Assembly: GCA_963697895.1 (NCBI GenBank)
Contig: OY969100.1
Coordinates: forward strand, 1,600,001-1,664,000
Origin: an uncultured Methanomicrobiales archaeon
GTDB taxonomy: Archaea; Halobacteriota; Methanomicrobia; Methanomicrobiales; Methanospirillaceae
Reading direction: 5' to 3'
DNA: 64,000 bases
Shown here: positions 20,752 through 29,349 of the stretch, one piece after another
Layout: each line of letters begins with the position of its first letter
Position numbering within the stretch: the first letter of the stretch is position 1
The notes under the pieces: model-generated
Told to the model about the DNA's origin: nothing
The model's database searches: none
The model's input: only the letters and a program-made list of their open reading frames with translations
Program-made: the position numbers and the translations under genes

Positions 20752-20824
20752 AGCCCCAGCCGTGATTTGAACACGGGGCCTGCTGATTACAAGTCAGCCG
20801 CTCTGCCAACTAAGCCACTGGGGC
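20752..20824 (-). tRNA. tRNA-Thr(UGU)
   Basis: GCCCCAG/CTGGGGC acceptor stem, anticodon arm GCTGA-CT-TGT-AA-TCAGC, GTTCAAAT T-loop; CCA not encoded. Confidence 0.96.
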
Positions 20825-20923
20825 GCCATATACCGTTGTTGCTTGTCGATAAAAAAGATGGCGATGACGAATCGGGAACATCCCTCAATTTTCACGGTAT
20901 TTATCGGAATTTATGCTGCTTTT

Positions 20924-21175
20924 TCATCGATTTCCGTAATCCCAGATAATCTGGTCATTATACCTTATCTGGATGATCCGGTGATAGGGGATAGCGGCAG
21001 TGCCCGTCTTTGATATGATCTCCATATACTGGGCATCGAGGAAAACGATCTGCTCTCCTCTCACACAGGTCTCGTCTCCGGGCGCACCCCGATCCCGGTA
21101 GCAGACGGTGATGTCTGCAAAGCGATAACGAGGGTCGTGGAAGTACTTCAGGAGAAGGGCGTGGGTCGTTCTCAT
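20924..21175 (-). CDS. DUF504/MJ1316-like RNA repair domain protein
   Basis: HDPRY, Y.DRGAP, IPYHRI..I. Confidence 0.8.
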   Translation of the reverse strand: MRTTHALLLKYFHDPRYRFADITVCYRDRGAPGDETCVRGEQIVFLDAQYMEIISKTGTAAIPYHRIIQIRYNDQIIWDYGNR

Positions 21176-21563
21176 CTGTTTCCTTAGTCCTCACGGGTAC
21201 CGGACGAACGAATAAAACTATTTCCCTCTCCCTGTTCAGGGAATATTATTTATGGATTCTCTTGAGATCTCAAAAAAAACTGGCAGATGTGGATACTTCA
21301 CGGACAGAATGATGCGGTGTGCTCAGGCTTATCCCTAAATGCTCTGAAGAAAGATCTGCCACCTGGATTCTCTGCCGATCCGTATTCAGTTTTTTCTGCC
21401 TATCCGCGCTGCGGAAGATATCCGGACGCTTGAATCGGATGCACGCTGGATCGCGAACGATAACCTCCGCGAACTGACCAATAAAAAAGTTCAGAACCGC
21501 TTTCGACCCCCATGAATCTGCAGAGAAGGATGCATTAATCCGGATCGCCGGGGATAATTAGGA

Positions 21564-22799
21564 ATGATGGTGCAGCTGAATGTGGACATCGGCGGACGCC
21601 CCGGTGTCGACTGCCGGGGATTCTGTGAATACTGTTACTTCAGGCATGTCCGGGAAACACCGGCATTCGGTTGCAGATATTGCCCGCCTTACCAGGTCGG
21701 CTGTGACTACTGCACGAGGAGCGTCAAGGAGCATTATTCTGCTTTCAAGGAACTCCGGGTGGTGGCAGAGGATACGCTGGCCCGTCTACAGCTGTTCTCT
21801 GACGATGTCTCCCGGATTAGCATCAGCGGCGGAGGTGACCCGAGCTGCTACCCGCAATTCACCGATCTTATACCGCTTCTTTCAAGTATGGAGGCCCCGC
21901 TTCATATCGGGTATACCAGTGGAAAAGGGTTCGATGACACAAGTATTGCTGGATTTCTTATCGATCACGGCCTGGCCGAGATATCTTTTACGGTCTTTTC
22001 CACGAACCCCCGCACCCGAAAACGATACATGCACGATCCGACACCTGACGCTTCCCTCCGTATTATCGAGCGGCTCGCCGGGGAGATCGATCTCTATGCA
22101 GCCGCCGTCGTATTACCCGGGGTAAACGACGGTAATGAACTAGCGAGTACCTGCGAATGGCTGGATGAACGGGGAGTAAAGGGCCTGATCCTGATGCGGT
22201 TCGCCAATAACCGCGAACAAGGCCTGATTCTCGGGAATGCTCCCATTATCAAGGGTCAGAGGGTCCAGACTGTAGAGGAATTCCGTGATATGGTCACCGA
22301 TTTGCAAAGCACCTACAAAATGAAGATTAGCGGGACCCCTCTCTGGGACCCGGAGATCGGATCGCCGTTCGCTATACTCGGCGAACCCGATCTCCTTTCT
22401 AAACTTCCGCGACTTGTATGTCGGTGCTCCCTCATCAGCGGCCGGATTGCAGCACCGTTTATCCAGAAGATCCTCGATGCATGTGGTGGCACCGTGCGGG
22501 TAATAGGGGTCGAAAAGGAGATTGCTTGCCTGATCACAGGGGAGGATCTCAAGGGTATCGATCCCGCCGACCTCGAACAGCTCGTTATCATCCCGGGCCG
22601 TGCATTCGTCCATGATCGGGAGGCCGCGAAATGTTTCTGCCGGGATGGGATAAAGCGCATCGTCCTCCGGGGACCGGATATGCTGACGGCTGATGCCGAA
22701 ACCAGCATGGGAATGTCTCGGGATGAGGTGCTTTTACAAGAAATGTGCGCATTCGCCGAACTTATTCAGCTGATTAACCGGTCAGGAACAAAGGTCTGA
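21564..22799 (+). CDS. mmp10: Methanogenesis marker 10, radical SAM MCR-arginine methyltransferase
   Basis: DIGG.PG.DCRGFCEYCYF, GCRYC...GCDYC, HIGYTSGKG, LMRFAN..EQGLILGN, PGRAFVHD. Confidence 0.9.
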   Translation: MMVQLNVDIGGRPGVDCRGFCEYCYFRHVRETPAFGCRYCPPYQVGCDYCTRSVKEHYSAFKELRVVAEDTLARLQLFSDDVSRISISGGGDPSCYPQFTDLIPLLSSMEAPLHIGYTSGKGFDDTSIAGFLIDHGLAEISFTVFSTNPRTRKRYMHDPTPDASLRIIERLAGEIDLYAAAVVLPGVNDGNELASTCEWLDERGVKGLILMRFANNREQGLILGNAPIIKGQRVQTVEEFRDMVTDLQSTYKMKISGTPLWDPEIGSPFAILGEPDLLSKLPRLVCRCSLISGRIAAPFIQKILDACGGTVRVIGVEKEIACLITGEDLKGIDPADLEQLVIIPGRAFVHDREAAKCFCRDGIKRIVLRGPDMLTADAETSMGMSRDEVLLQEMCAFAELIQLINRSGTKV

Positions 22800-22887
22800 A
22801 CAAGGTCTTTCTGATCTGAATTTTCCGTCCCCGATACTATTATCTCAATATCAAGTGAATAATACTGAGCACTCATCCAAATGGAAG

Positions 22888-22959
22888 TGCTGGCATATGT
22901 AAATCCGACGTGCAGTTCCTGCACAGCCCGTCGTGGCTGGGGATTACAGAGGGTCAGCA
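22888..22959 (+). ncRNA. Structured ribosomal-protein leader upstream of rps15 (S15-Methanomicrobia-like)
   Basis: Nested pairing TGCTGGC/GTCAGCA and TGTAAATCC/GGATTACA enclosing hairpins GTGCAG-TTC-CTGCAC and AGCC-CGTCGT-GGCT; lies between promoter region and SD GGAGGTGA. Confidence 0.72.
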
Positions 22960-23005
22960 GCAATGACTCTTTTTTCCCGGGTTTTACATGATGATTAGGA
23001 GGTGA

Positions 23006-23467
23006 ATGATGGCACGAATGCACGCTCGTCGGCGTGGAAAATCGGGCTCGGTGCGACCGCACCGAAAAGAAATACCTGATTGGTCCAATACCGATGTCAA
23101 GGCGATAGAGAAGGTAATCCTGGATCTCCGAAAAGAGGGGGTCTCAACAAGCCGTATCGGGCTGGTCCTTCGGGATAGCTATGGTGTTCCGGATGTGAAA
23201 CTGGCCTGCGGGAAACGGATCGGAGAAATTCTCGAGGAGAAGGGAGTACAATCCAATATTCCGGAAGATCTGCGTAATCTGATCATGAAGGCACTGGGCC
23301 TCCGGAAACATCTTGGGGCGAATAAAAATGACCTGCATAATAAACGGCAGCTCCAGTTGACAGAGTCGAAAGTGCGGCGTCTGGTCAGGTATTATACCGT
23401 GAACGGTAAGTTGCCGTCTGACTGGAGTTATAAGCCGGAAACCGCTGAAATTTTGCTCTCCCGATGA
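23006..23467 (+). CDS. rps15: 30S ribosomal protein S15 (uS15)
   Basis: MARMHARRRGKSGS, IG.VLRD.YG.P, PEDL.NL, LQLTESKVRRLV.YY. Confidence 0.97.
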   Translation: MMARMHARRRGKSGSVRPHRKEIPDWSNTDVKAIEKVILDLRKEGVSTSRIGLVLRDSYGVPDVKLACGKRIGEILEEKGVQSNIPEDLRNLIMKALGLRKHLGANKNDLHNKRQLQLTESKVRRLVRYYTVNGKLPSDWSYKPETAEILLSR

Positions 23468-23470
23468 TAT

Positions 23471-24688
23471 ATGTCCCTTGAAGCCACCGCAGCCCTGATC
23501 GCAGAACATCTGGCAAGACAGGAGTACGTGGAAGTATACGGTCATAATGATGCAGATGGCATCGCAGCGGCGTCTATCCTTGGTATTGCGATACTTCGGG
23601 CAAAGGGCCAGTTCAGGCTCCGCATTACGAGTGGGATCAGCGCCGCTGAAATAGGAAAGGATGCGGTCGTACTCCTCTGTGACTTTGGCTCATCGCTCGA
23701 GGGGCTTCCCCCGGATACGGTCGTCATCGATCACCATCACCCGGTTGTTACCGGCAAATACCATCTGAATCCGGAATATCATGCGGTAGATGGTGATCGC
23801 GAGCTTTCTGCATCGGGTGCCGCCTATCTTATCGCGCAACACATGGGTGACAACCGGGATCTCGCAGGACTCGCGTTGCTTGGCGTGATCGGTGACCGGC
23901 AGGAACTTTCCGGAGCAAACCTCGAGATATTCAATGAGGCAGTGGCGGAAGGAGTTATCTCCCTCATGCGGGGAATCTCCCTCCCGGGCAGGGATTATCA
24001 CGAACGCCTTCTGATGGCGATCAATCCGTACCTTCACCAGGTCAGCGGGGATGACCCGGCGGTAGCGAGCCTGCTCGAGCGATCGCTGGATGGGGAAATG
24101 GCGGACCAGGCAGCATTGATATCACTCCTCCTCCTCGAAATCAGTCCTTATGCAACCGTAGAGGCCATGGAATCCGTCTATGGTGATCGATTCGGACTCG
24201 GACGCGAAGTGATGGATGATGCCCATTCGCTCACGGCAGTGATCGATGCATGTGGAAAATCCGGCTACGGCGGGCTCGCTGCTTCTCTCTGTTTCCGTTC
24301 CGCTGCAGGTCTCGACGAGGCATGGCAGCAGACACGACATCACCGGATGAAGGTGATCGAAGCGATACGCACGATAACTGCAGAAGAGGGGTTCCCGGGT
24401 TTTTACCGGGTTGTTGATCCTATGGTGTCCAGTGATGTCGCTGACGCTCTTGCGTTTGACTGTATTCAGGAGATACCAATTGCAGTCTTTTCACAATCGG
24501 GAGAACTCTGCCATATATCTGCCCGGATCCCGAAGGGGCTCGGAATGGATATCGGAAGCGCGATGAGAGAACTCGCTATTGCATGCGGCGGATTCGGTGG
24601 CGGACATAGAAACAGGGCAGGTGCAACTATAAGCTGTTCAGAGATTGACCGGTTCAGAACCGGGTTGCAGGAGATGATTGCCGGATGA
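23471..24688 (+). CDS. RecJ-like DHH/DHHA1 phosphoesterase
   Basis: HNDADG, CDFGS, IDHH, GGGH..AG; conserved rps15-DHH-pcc1-rps3ae synteny. Confidence 0.87.
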   Translation: MSLEATAALIAEHLARQEYVEVYGHNDADGIAAASILGIAILRAKGQFRLRITSGISAAEIGKDAVVLLCDFGSSLEGLPPDTVVIDHHHPVVTGKYHLNPEYHAVDGDRELSASGAAYLIAQHMGDNRDLAGLALLGVIGDRQELSGANLEIFNEAVAEGVISLMRGISLPGRDYHERLLMAINPYLHQVSGDDPAVASLLERSLDGEMADQAALISLLLLEISPYATVEAMESVYGDRFGLGREVMDDAHSLTAVIDACGKSGYGGLAASLCFRSAAGLDEAWQQTRHHRMKVIEAIRTITAEEGFPGFYRVVDPMVSSDVADALAFDCIQEIPIAVFSQSGELCHISARIPKGLGMDIGSAMRELAIACGGFGGGHRNRAGATISCSEIDRFRTGLQEMIAG

Positions 24689-24909
24689 TGGAGATCGAGG
24701 GCCTTATCAGAACCGCTCATGAGGCACCTTTATCGGTCGCCATGTCACTCTGTCCGGACAACCTCACCGGGATGGAGACCGCCGCAATCGGAGATGTTGT
24801 GGAGACCAGGATCCGGTCCTGTCAGCTCCGTTCGGTAATCGCGTCGGTGGATGATTATCTGATGAATCTCATGATATCTGAGGATCTATGCACGTACACT
24901 TCGCATTGA
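24685..24909 (+). CDS. pcc1: KEOPS complex subunit Pcc1
   Basis: SL.PDNL, LRSVIASVDDYL.NL; synteny. Confidence 0.82.
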   Translation: MMEIEGLIRTAHEAPLSVAMSLCPDNLTGMETAAIGDVVETRIRSCQLRSVIASVDDYLMNLMISEDLCTYTSH

Positions 24910-26417
24910 AGGCAGATCTGGTATGGAGTGGAGATCTTCCTCCTGAAGCGATGGATGCAATCGGTCGCGTCGTGGAAGAGGCGAACCAGAAGCGATTCAG
25001 GAAAGGGGTCCCTCCAGAGGTGAGGGAGGATGAGATCGGGCGGATTATCCACTGGTGTACGTGCGGCAATCAGCTCAGCCTCGAGATCGAGAGCGGTCCG
25101 TACACGCGGGCTCATGATGCCCTGTTCCGGTTCAAAAAACAGATCGCGAGCGCACTCGGAAGGTACCGGCTCGGCGTCCGGGGCATTGACATCAGTGAGT
25201 TCAGGATCACCCTTTGCGGAGCCTTTCCGGCAGATTTCCGGGTCCCATCCCTTCCGTTCATCCGGACCGCAATCCTTTGCGATGAAAGCCTGGAGCTGGA
25301 TCTGGTGACGACGGCTGCCGATCTGGAGAATAAAGTGCCGGATCGGGTCGTTCGTCTTATCGAGGAGAAAGTTCAGGCTGCCGAATATGGCGGAAAAGGA
25401 GAACATTGGGAACTGGTTTTTGAGAGCGGTGAGAAACCCCGTTTTTCGGACCAGGATCCGACCGAAGAGATGATCCGCCGCGGATGGGTGAAGCATGCAC
25501 TCTCGCGTGGGCAATGGATTCATGGCCCACAATCAACCCAGCTCTTCCGGGCATTCGAACAAATCGTCATCGATGAGATCATCGGACCGCTTGGGTTTAC
25601 GGAGATGATCTTCCCTAAACTGGTGCCGTGGGAGGTATGGAAAAAGTCGGGTCATGCTAAGGGTGTGTACCCGGAGATTTACTATGTCTGCACACCGAAA
25701 ACCCGCGACCCTGCCTACTGGGAAGAAGTGGGAGATTACTTCAAGGTGACCGGGGAGGTACCCGTAGATCTTATCCGTGAGAAGATCGACGGTCCGATAG
25801 GAGGGCTCTGTTACGCACAATGTCCGTCATTCTGGCCATTTTTACAGGGTGAGACTCTTGCAAATGAATGCCTCCCGATCCGGCTGTTCGACCGGAGCGG
25901 TACGTCCCACCGGTATGAGAGTGGAGGTATTCACGGAATCGAACGAGTGGATGAATTTCATCGGATCGAGATCCTGTGGCTGGGGACGGCGGAAGAGACC
26001 GTAGATATAGCGGATTGTCTCCATCAGGCGTATCATCATGTTTTCGAGGATATCCTCGAACTCGAATGGCGCAGCGCCCGTGTGACTCCCTGGTTTATGG
26101 CTCAGGAAGGGATGATCGAAAGTGAGAGCAGCTGCGGTTGTGGAAGCCGAATCGGAACAACCGATTATGAAGCGTTTCTTCCATACAGTAAAAATTGGCT
26201 CGAATTTCAGAACGTCAGCATAAACGGAGACAAATACCCGAAGGGGTTCAATGTGAAGATACAGAGCGGGGCAGAGTGCTGGTCAGGTTGTTCAGGTGTC
26301 GGACTTGAACGATGGACTGCATCATTTCTCGCACAGAAAGGACTGGACATCGAAAACTGGCCTGAGGCAATAGCGCGTCTGGTCGGGGAACCGAAAGAAT
26401 TGTTCAAATTTCTCTGA
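24888..26417 (+). CDS. serS: Serine--tRNA ligase, methanogen type
   Basis: ESGPYTRAHDALFR N-domain, YAQCP.FW, GIERVDEFHRIE, WSGCSGVGLERW. Confidence 0.93.
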   Translation: MHVHFALKADLVWSGDLPPEAMDAIGRVVEEANQKRFRKGVPPEVREDEIGRIIHWCTCGNQLSLEIESGPYTRAHDALFRFKKQIASALGRYRLGVRGIDISEFRITLCGAFPADFRVPSLPFIRTAILCDESLELDLVTTAADLENKVPDRVVRLIEEKVQAAEYGGKGEHWELVFESGEKPRFSDQDPTEEMIRRGWVKHALSRGQWIHGPQSTQLFRAFEQIVIDEIIGPLGFTEMIFPKLVPWEVWKKSGHAKGVYPEIYYVCTPKTRDPAYWEEVGDYFKVTGEVPVDLIREKIDGPIGGLCYAQCPSFWPFLQGETLANECLPIRLFDRSGTSHRYESGGIHGIERVDEFHRIEILWLGTAEETVDIADCLHQAYHHVFEDILELEWRSARVTPWFMAQEGMIESESSCGCGSRIGTTDYEAFLPYSKNWLEFQNVSINGDKYPKGFNVKIQSGAECWSGCSGVGLERWTASFLAQKGLDIENWPEAIARLVGEPKELFKFL

Positions 26418-26426
26418 GGTGAATAT

Positions 26427-27020
26427 ATGGTAAAAAAGAAACAGGTAGGACGAAGAGTCGAAGGATGGAAGGCCAAGAGCTGGTACAAGGTATATACGCC
26501 GGATAATCTTGGCAAGACCTTCATCGGCGATACTATCGCCAATGATGCGGAGAGTGTGGTCGGACGCGTTATGCAGACCACGCTCGGTGAGATCACGAAT
26601 GATTACGCACGGCAGAACGTTAAAATGCGTTTCCGGGTTGCCAATGTTGCGGGAGATTCCGCATACACTGAGTTCATCGGCCATGAGATGACCAGGGATT
26701 ATCTGCGTTCCCTTGTAAAGCGAAGAACTTCTCGAATTGACTGCCACATTCCGATCACAACAAAGGACGGAAAAAAGGTCGATCTGACCGTGACCTGCTA
26801 TACGCTGACCCATGCCAATTTAAGCCAGGTCCATGCGATCCGCTCGATGATCACCCAGCAGGTGACCGAATGGGCAACCGGTGGTGACATGAATCAGCTG
26901 CTGGGCGGGATCATTTCCGGTGAAATCTCAAAGGAGCTCTTCAAGGTGCTGAAATTGGTCTTCCCGATTCGCCGGGTTGAGATAATCAAGTCCAAGGTCG
27001 AGATTCCGAAAGTGGCATAA
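26427..27020 (+). CDS. rps3ae: 30S ribosomal protein S3Ae (eS1)
   Basis: WKAKSWY, GHEMTRDYLRSLVKRRTSRID, PIRRVEI.KS. Confidence 0.96.
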   Translation: MVKKKQVGRRVEGWKAKSWYKVYTPDNLGKTFIGDTIANDAESVVGRVMQTTLGEITNDYARQNVKMRFRVANVAGDSAYTEFIGHEMTRDYLRSLVKRRTSRIDCHIPITTKDGKKVDLTVTCYTLTHANLSQVHAIRSMITQQVTEWATGGDMNQLLGGIISGEISKELFKVLKLVFPIRRVEIIKSKVEIPKVA

Positions 27021-27195
27021 ACAACATAAAACAGGGGAGTACGGGTATCCTCCAATTTCCGTTTTTAAATTGAACATATTTGCCCGTCTTTCTCCCGTTA
27101 ACCTTTACCAAAGAGCGCCCGTTTTGAACAATAAGATGCTGCGATCATGAGACCCGCAGTGAAACATATCTGGTCCGACTACACATCTTTTCAGA

Positions 27196-28428
27196 ATGAC
27201 TGCCCATAAGGTCATACTGCTGGTGCTCGACGGGATCTCGGACCGCCCCCTCCCGGAACTCGGGGGCCGGACTCCGCTCCAGGCGGCACATACGCCGGTC
27301 CTCGACCGAATTGCAACTGAAGGCATATGCGGGATCATGGACCCGATCGGACCAGGAATCCGACCAGGATCGGACACGGCCCATTTGAGTCTTCTTGGAT
27401 ATCCTCCAAGGACTTATTATACCGGAAGAGGCCCCCTCGAGGCGGAAGGGTCCGGAATTCACATGGAGCCAGGGATGATTGGGTTCCGCTGCAACTTTGC
27501 GACTCTCGCCGATGGAAAGGTCGTAGATCGGAGGGCAGGGCGGATTCACCAGACCGAAGCACTCTGCCAGGCCATCCAGGAAGGGGTTGATCTCTCCCCG
27601 TACCAGGTTACATTCGTCTTCCGACCAGGCGCCGGGCACCGCGCAGCACTCGCCATGAAAGGTGCAGGCCTTGGTTTCTGTGTCTCATCCAATGATCCGA
27701 AAAAGGACGGGATTGCGCCTTCCCCTTTCAGCCCGCTGAAAGACACTCCTGGGGATAGGAAGACCACCAAGGTGTTGAATGACTTTGATCGCCAGTCACG
27801 GGCGATCCTATCTGATCATCCCCTGAACCGGGAAAGGATCAGGATGGGGTTACCTCCGGCAAATGTTGTGCTTATCCGGGGAGCTGGGTTGATGGGGCAT
27901 TTTGAGCCTTTTGAGAGCCGGTACGGTATGAAGGGGAGTGTGATCGCAGCCGCGAACCTCATTGCCGGGATCGGGAAGGCAGTTGGTCTTGATCATGTGC
28001 CGGTAGTCGGAACAACCGGGTCGGCAGATACCAATCTTCAGGGGAAGGTGGAGGCAGCGATAAAGACTTTGAGTTCGCACGATTTTGTGCTGCTGAACAT
28101 CAAGGGAGCCGATGAGGCGGGTCACGACGGGAGAGCCCTCGAAAAAAGGAATTTTATCGAACGGATAGACGCGGCACTTGCCCCGTTCTGCGATCTAAAG
28201 GACACTCTCCTCGTGATCTGTGGTGATCACAGCACTCCCTGCGCCATCCGGGATCATAGCGCCGACCCCGTGCCGGTCGTGATCCACGGCGACGGAGTCC
28301 GGATAGACGATGTCACAACATTCCATGAGATATCCTGCGCAAAAGGAGGTTTACACCGGATTTGCGGGGAGTCGCTGATGCCCATAATCACCGATATTAT
28401 CGATCATGCGCATAAATATGGGGCCTGA
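27196..28428 (+). CDS. apgM: 2,3-bisphosphoglycerate-independent phosphoglycerate mutase
   Basis: LDGISDRP, PGSDTAHL, GRGPLEA, KGADEAGHDG, GDHSTP..HS.DPVP. Confidence 0.93.
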   Translation: MTAHKVILLVLDGISDRPLPELGGRTPLQAAHTPVLDRIATEGICGIMDPIGPGIRPGSDTAHLSLLGYPPRTYYTGRGPLEAEGSGIHMEPGMIGFRCNFATLADGKVVDRRAGRIHQTEALCQAIQEGVDLSPYQVTFVFRPGAGHRAALAMKGAGLGFCVSSNDPKKDGIAPSPFSPLKDTPGDRKTTKVLNDFDRQSRAILSDHPLNRERIRMGLPPANVVLIRGAGLMGHFEPFESRYGMKGSVIAAANLIAGIGKAVGLDHVPVVGTTGSADTNLQGKVEAAIKTLSSHDFVLLNIKGADEAGHDGRALEKRNFIERIDAALAPFCDLKDTLLVICGDHSTPCAIRDHSADPVPVVIHGDGVRIDDVTTFHEISCAKGGLHRICGESLMPIITDIIDHAHKYGA

Positions 28429-28432
28429 AATC

Positions 28433-29269
28433 ATGATGGCCGCCGCGAGCATCTTTGAACTCCCGGAAATACGCTTTATAGAGCCATCTTTTGCTGATCT
28501 TACTGATGATTACTTTACCGAGGTATTTCTGTACACCTCCGGAGATCAAGGGAGGCTTCTCGTTGATGAACACTCTGATCCCATCGCAATGGCATTATAC
28601 AGCAAGGAAAGGTGGGTAGTCAGCTCCTACCACCTTCGTAAGCCTACTTCTGCCCTGATCGGGCGGTTCGAGGATACGGCGGGTGATATTTATCAGGAGG
28701 AACGTGCAGTTTGGGCAGCCGCTGTCCGTGAATATTATAGCCTGTCAATTGCAGAAAACGTAACACCCGCGATAGAAGATCTGAACCCGGAACGCATCCC
28801 GAAGGTAGATTCGCTTATCTCTGAAATCTGGGGTGAAAGGAGCGGGTCAGTCTGCCTTGACTGCTGTTGCGGATCAGGGGTTGGATCAATGGTCCTCAGA
28901 AGCCGGGGATTGCTGCCGCTATCCTATGATATCGATGAGGCACTTCTCTCCCGGGGACTTCATGAAGGAAGACTCCGACCGGATGAGACAATGTGCATCG
29001 ACGCGACAAGGGCGGGCTCTTATATCGACCATTCTCCTCTCGGACTCGGGCTCATGTTCGGGGAGATTTATCCTTTCAACCAGGATCTCTGGCAAAATAT
29101 CGTCCTTGAATTCATGAACCTTACCGATGAAGCACTCATCACGATGGGGAAAGAAGAGGAGGTCCGGCTGGTATCATCGTGGGCAAGTGAAGCCGGAGGT
29201 CGGGTAAATGTCTTTGAAAATGATCGCGATCCCATCTATGACCGGTGGGTATGTATCATTACCCATTAA
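28433..29269 (+). CDS. Hypothetical protein with class I SAM-methyltransferase-like C-terminal half
   Basis: CLDCCCGSGVG motif I-like, YDID, IDA; follows apgM. Confidence 0.6.
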   Translation: MMAAASIFELPEIRFIEPSFADLTDDYFTEVFLYTSGDQGRLLVDEHSDPIAMALYSKERWVVSSYHLRKPTSALIGRFEDTAGDIYQEERAVWAAAVREYYSLSIAENVTPAIEDLNPERIPKVDSLISEIWGERSGSVCLDCCCGSGVGSMVLRSRGLLPLSYDIDEALLSRGLHEGRLRPDETMCIDATRAGSYIDHSPLGLGLMFGEIYPFNQDLWQNIVLEFMNLTDEALITMGKEEEVRLVSSWASEAGGRVNVFENDRDPIYDRWVCIITH

Positions 29270-29349
29270 CGGCTCTGAGTGAAAATAAAAAGGGTATACT
29301 TCACATCATGGGGCGGGTTGATTCGCCTTATCAGATGCGGGTAGGCTCC

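Noticed and set aside
20752-20790. tRNA-Thr 3' end as an attachment site for an island carrying ACDS
   Set aside because: No duplicate of the tRNA 3' end and no integrase found in the window.
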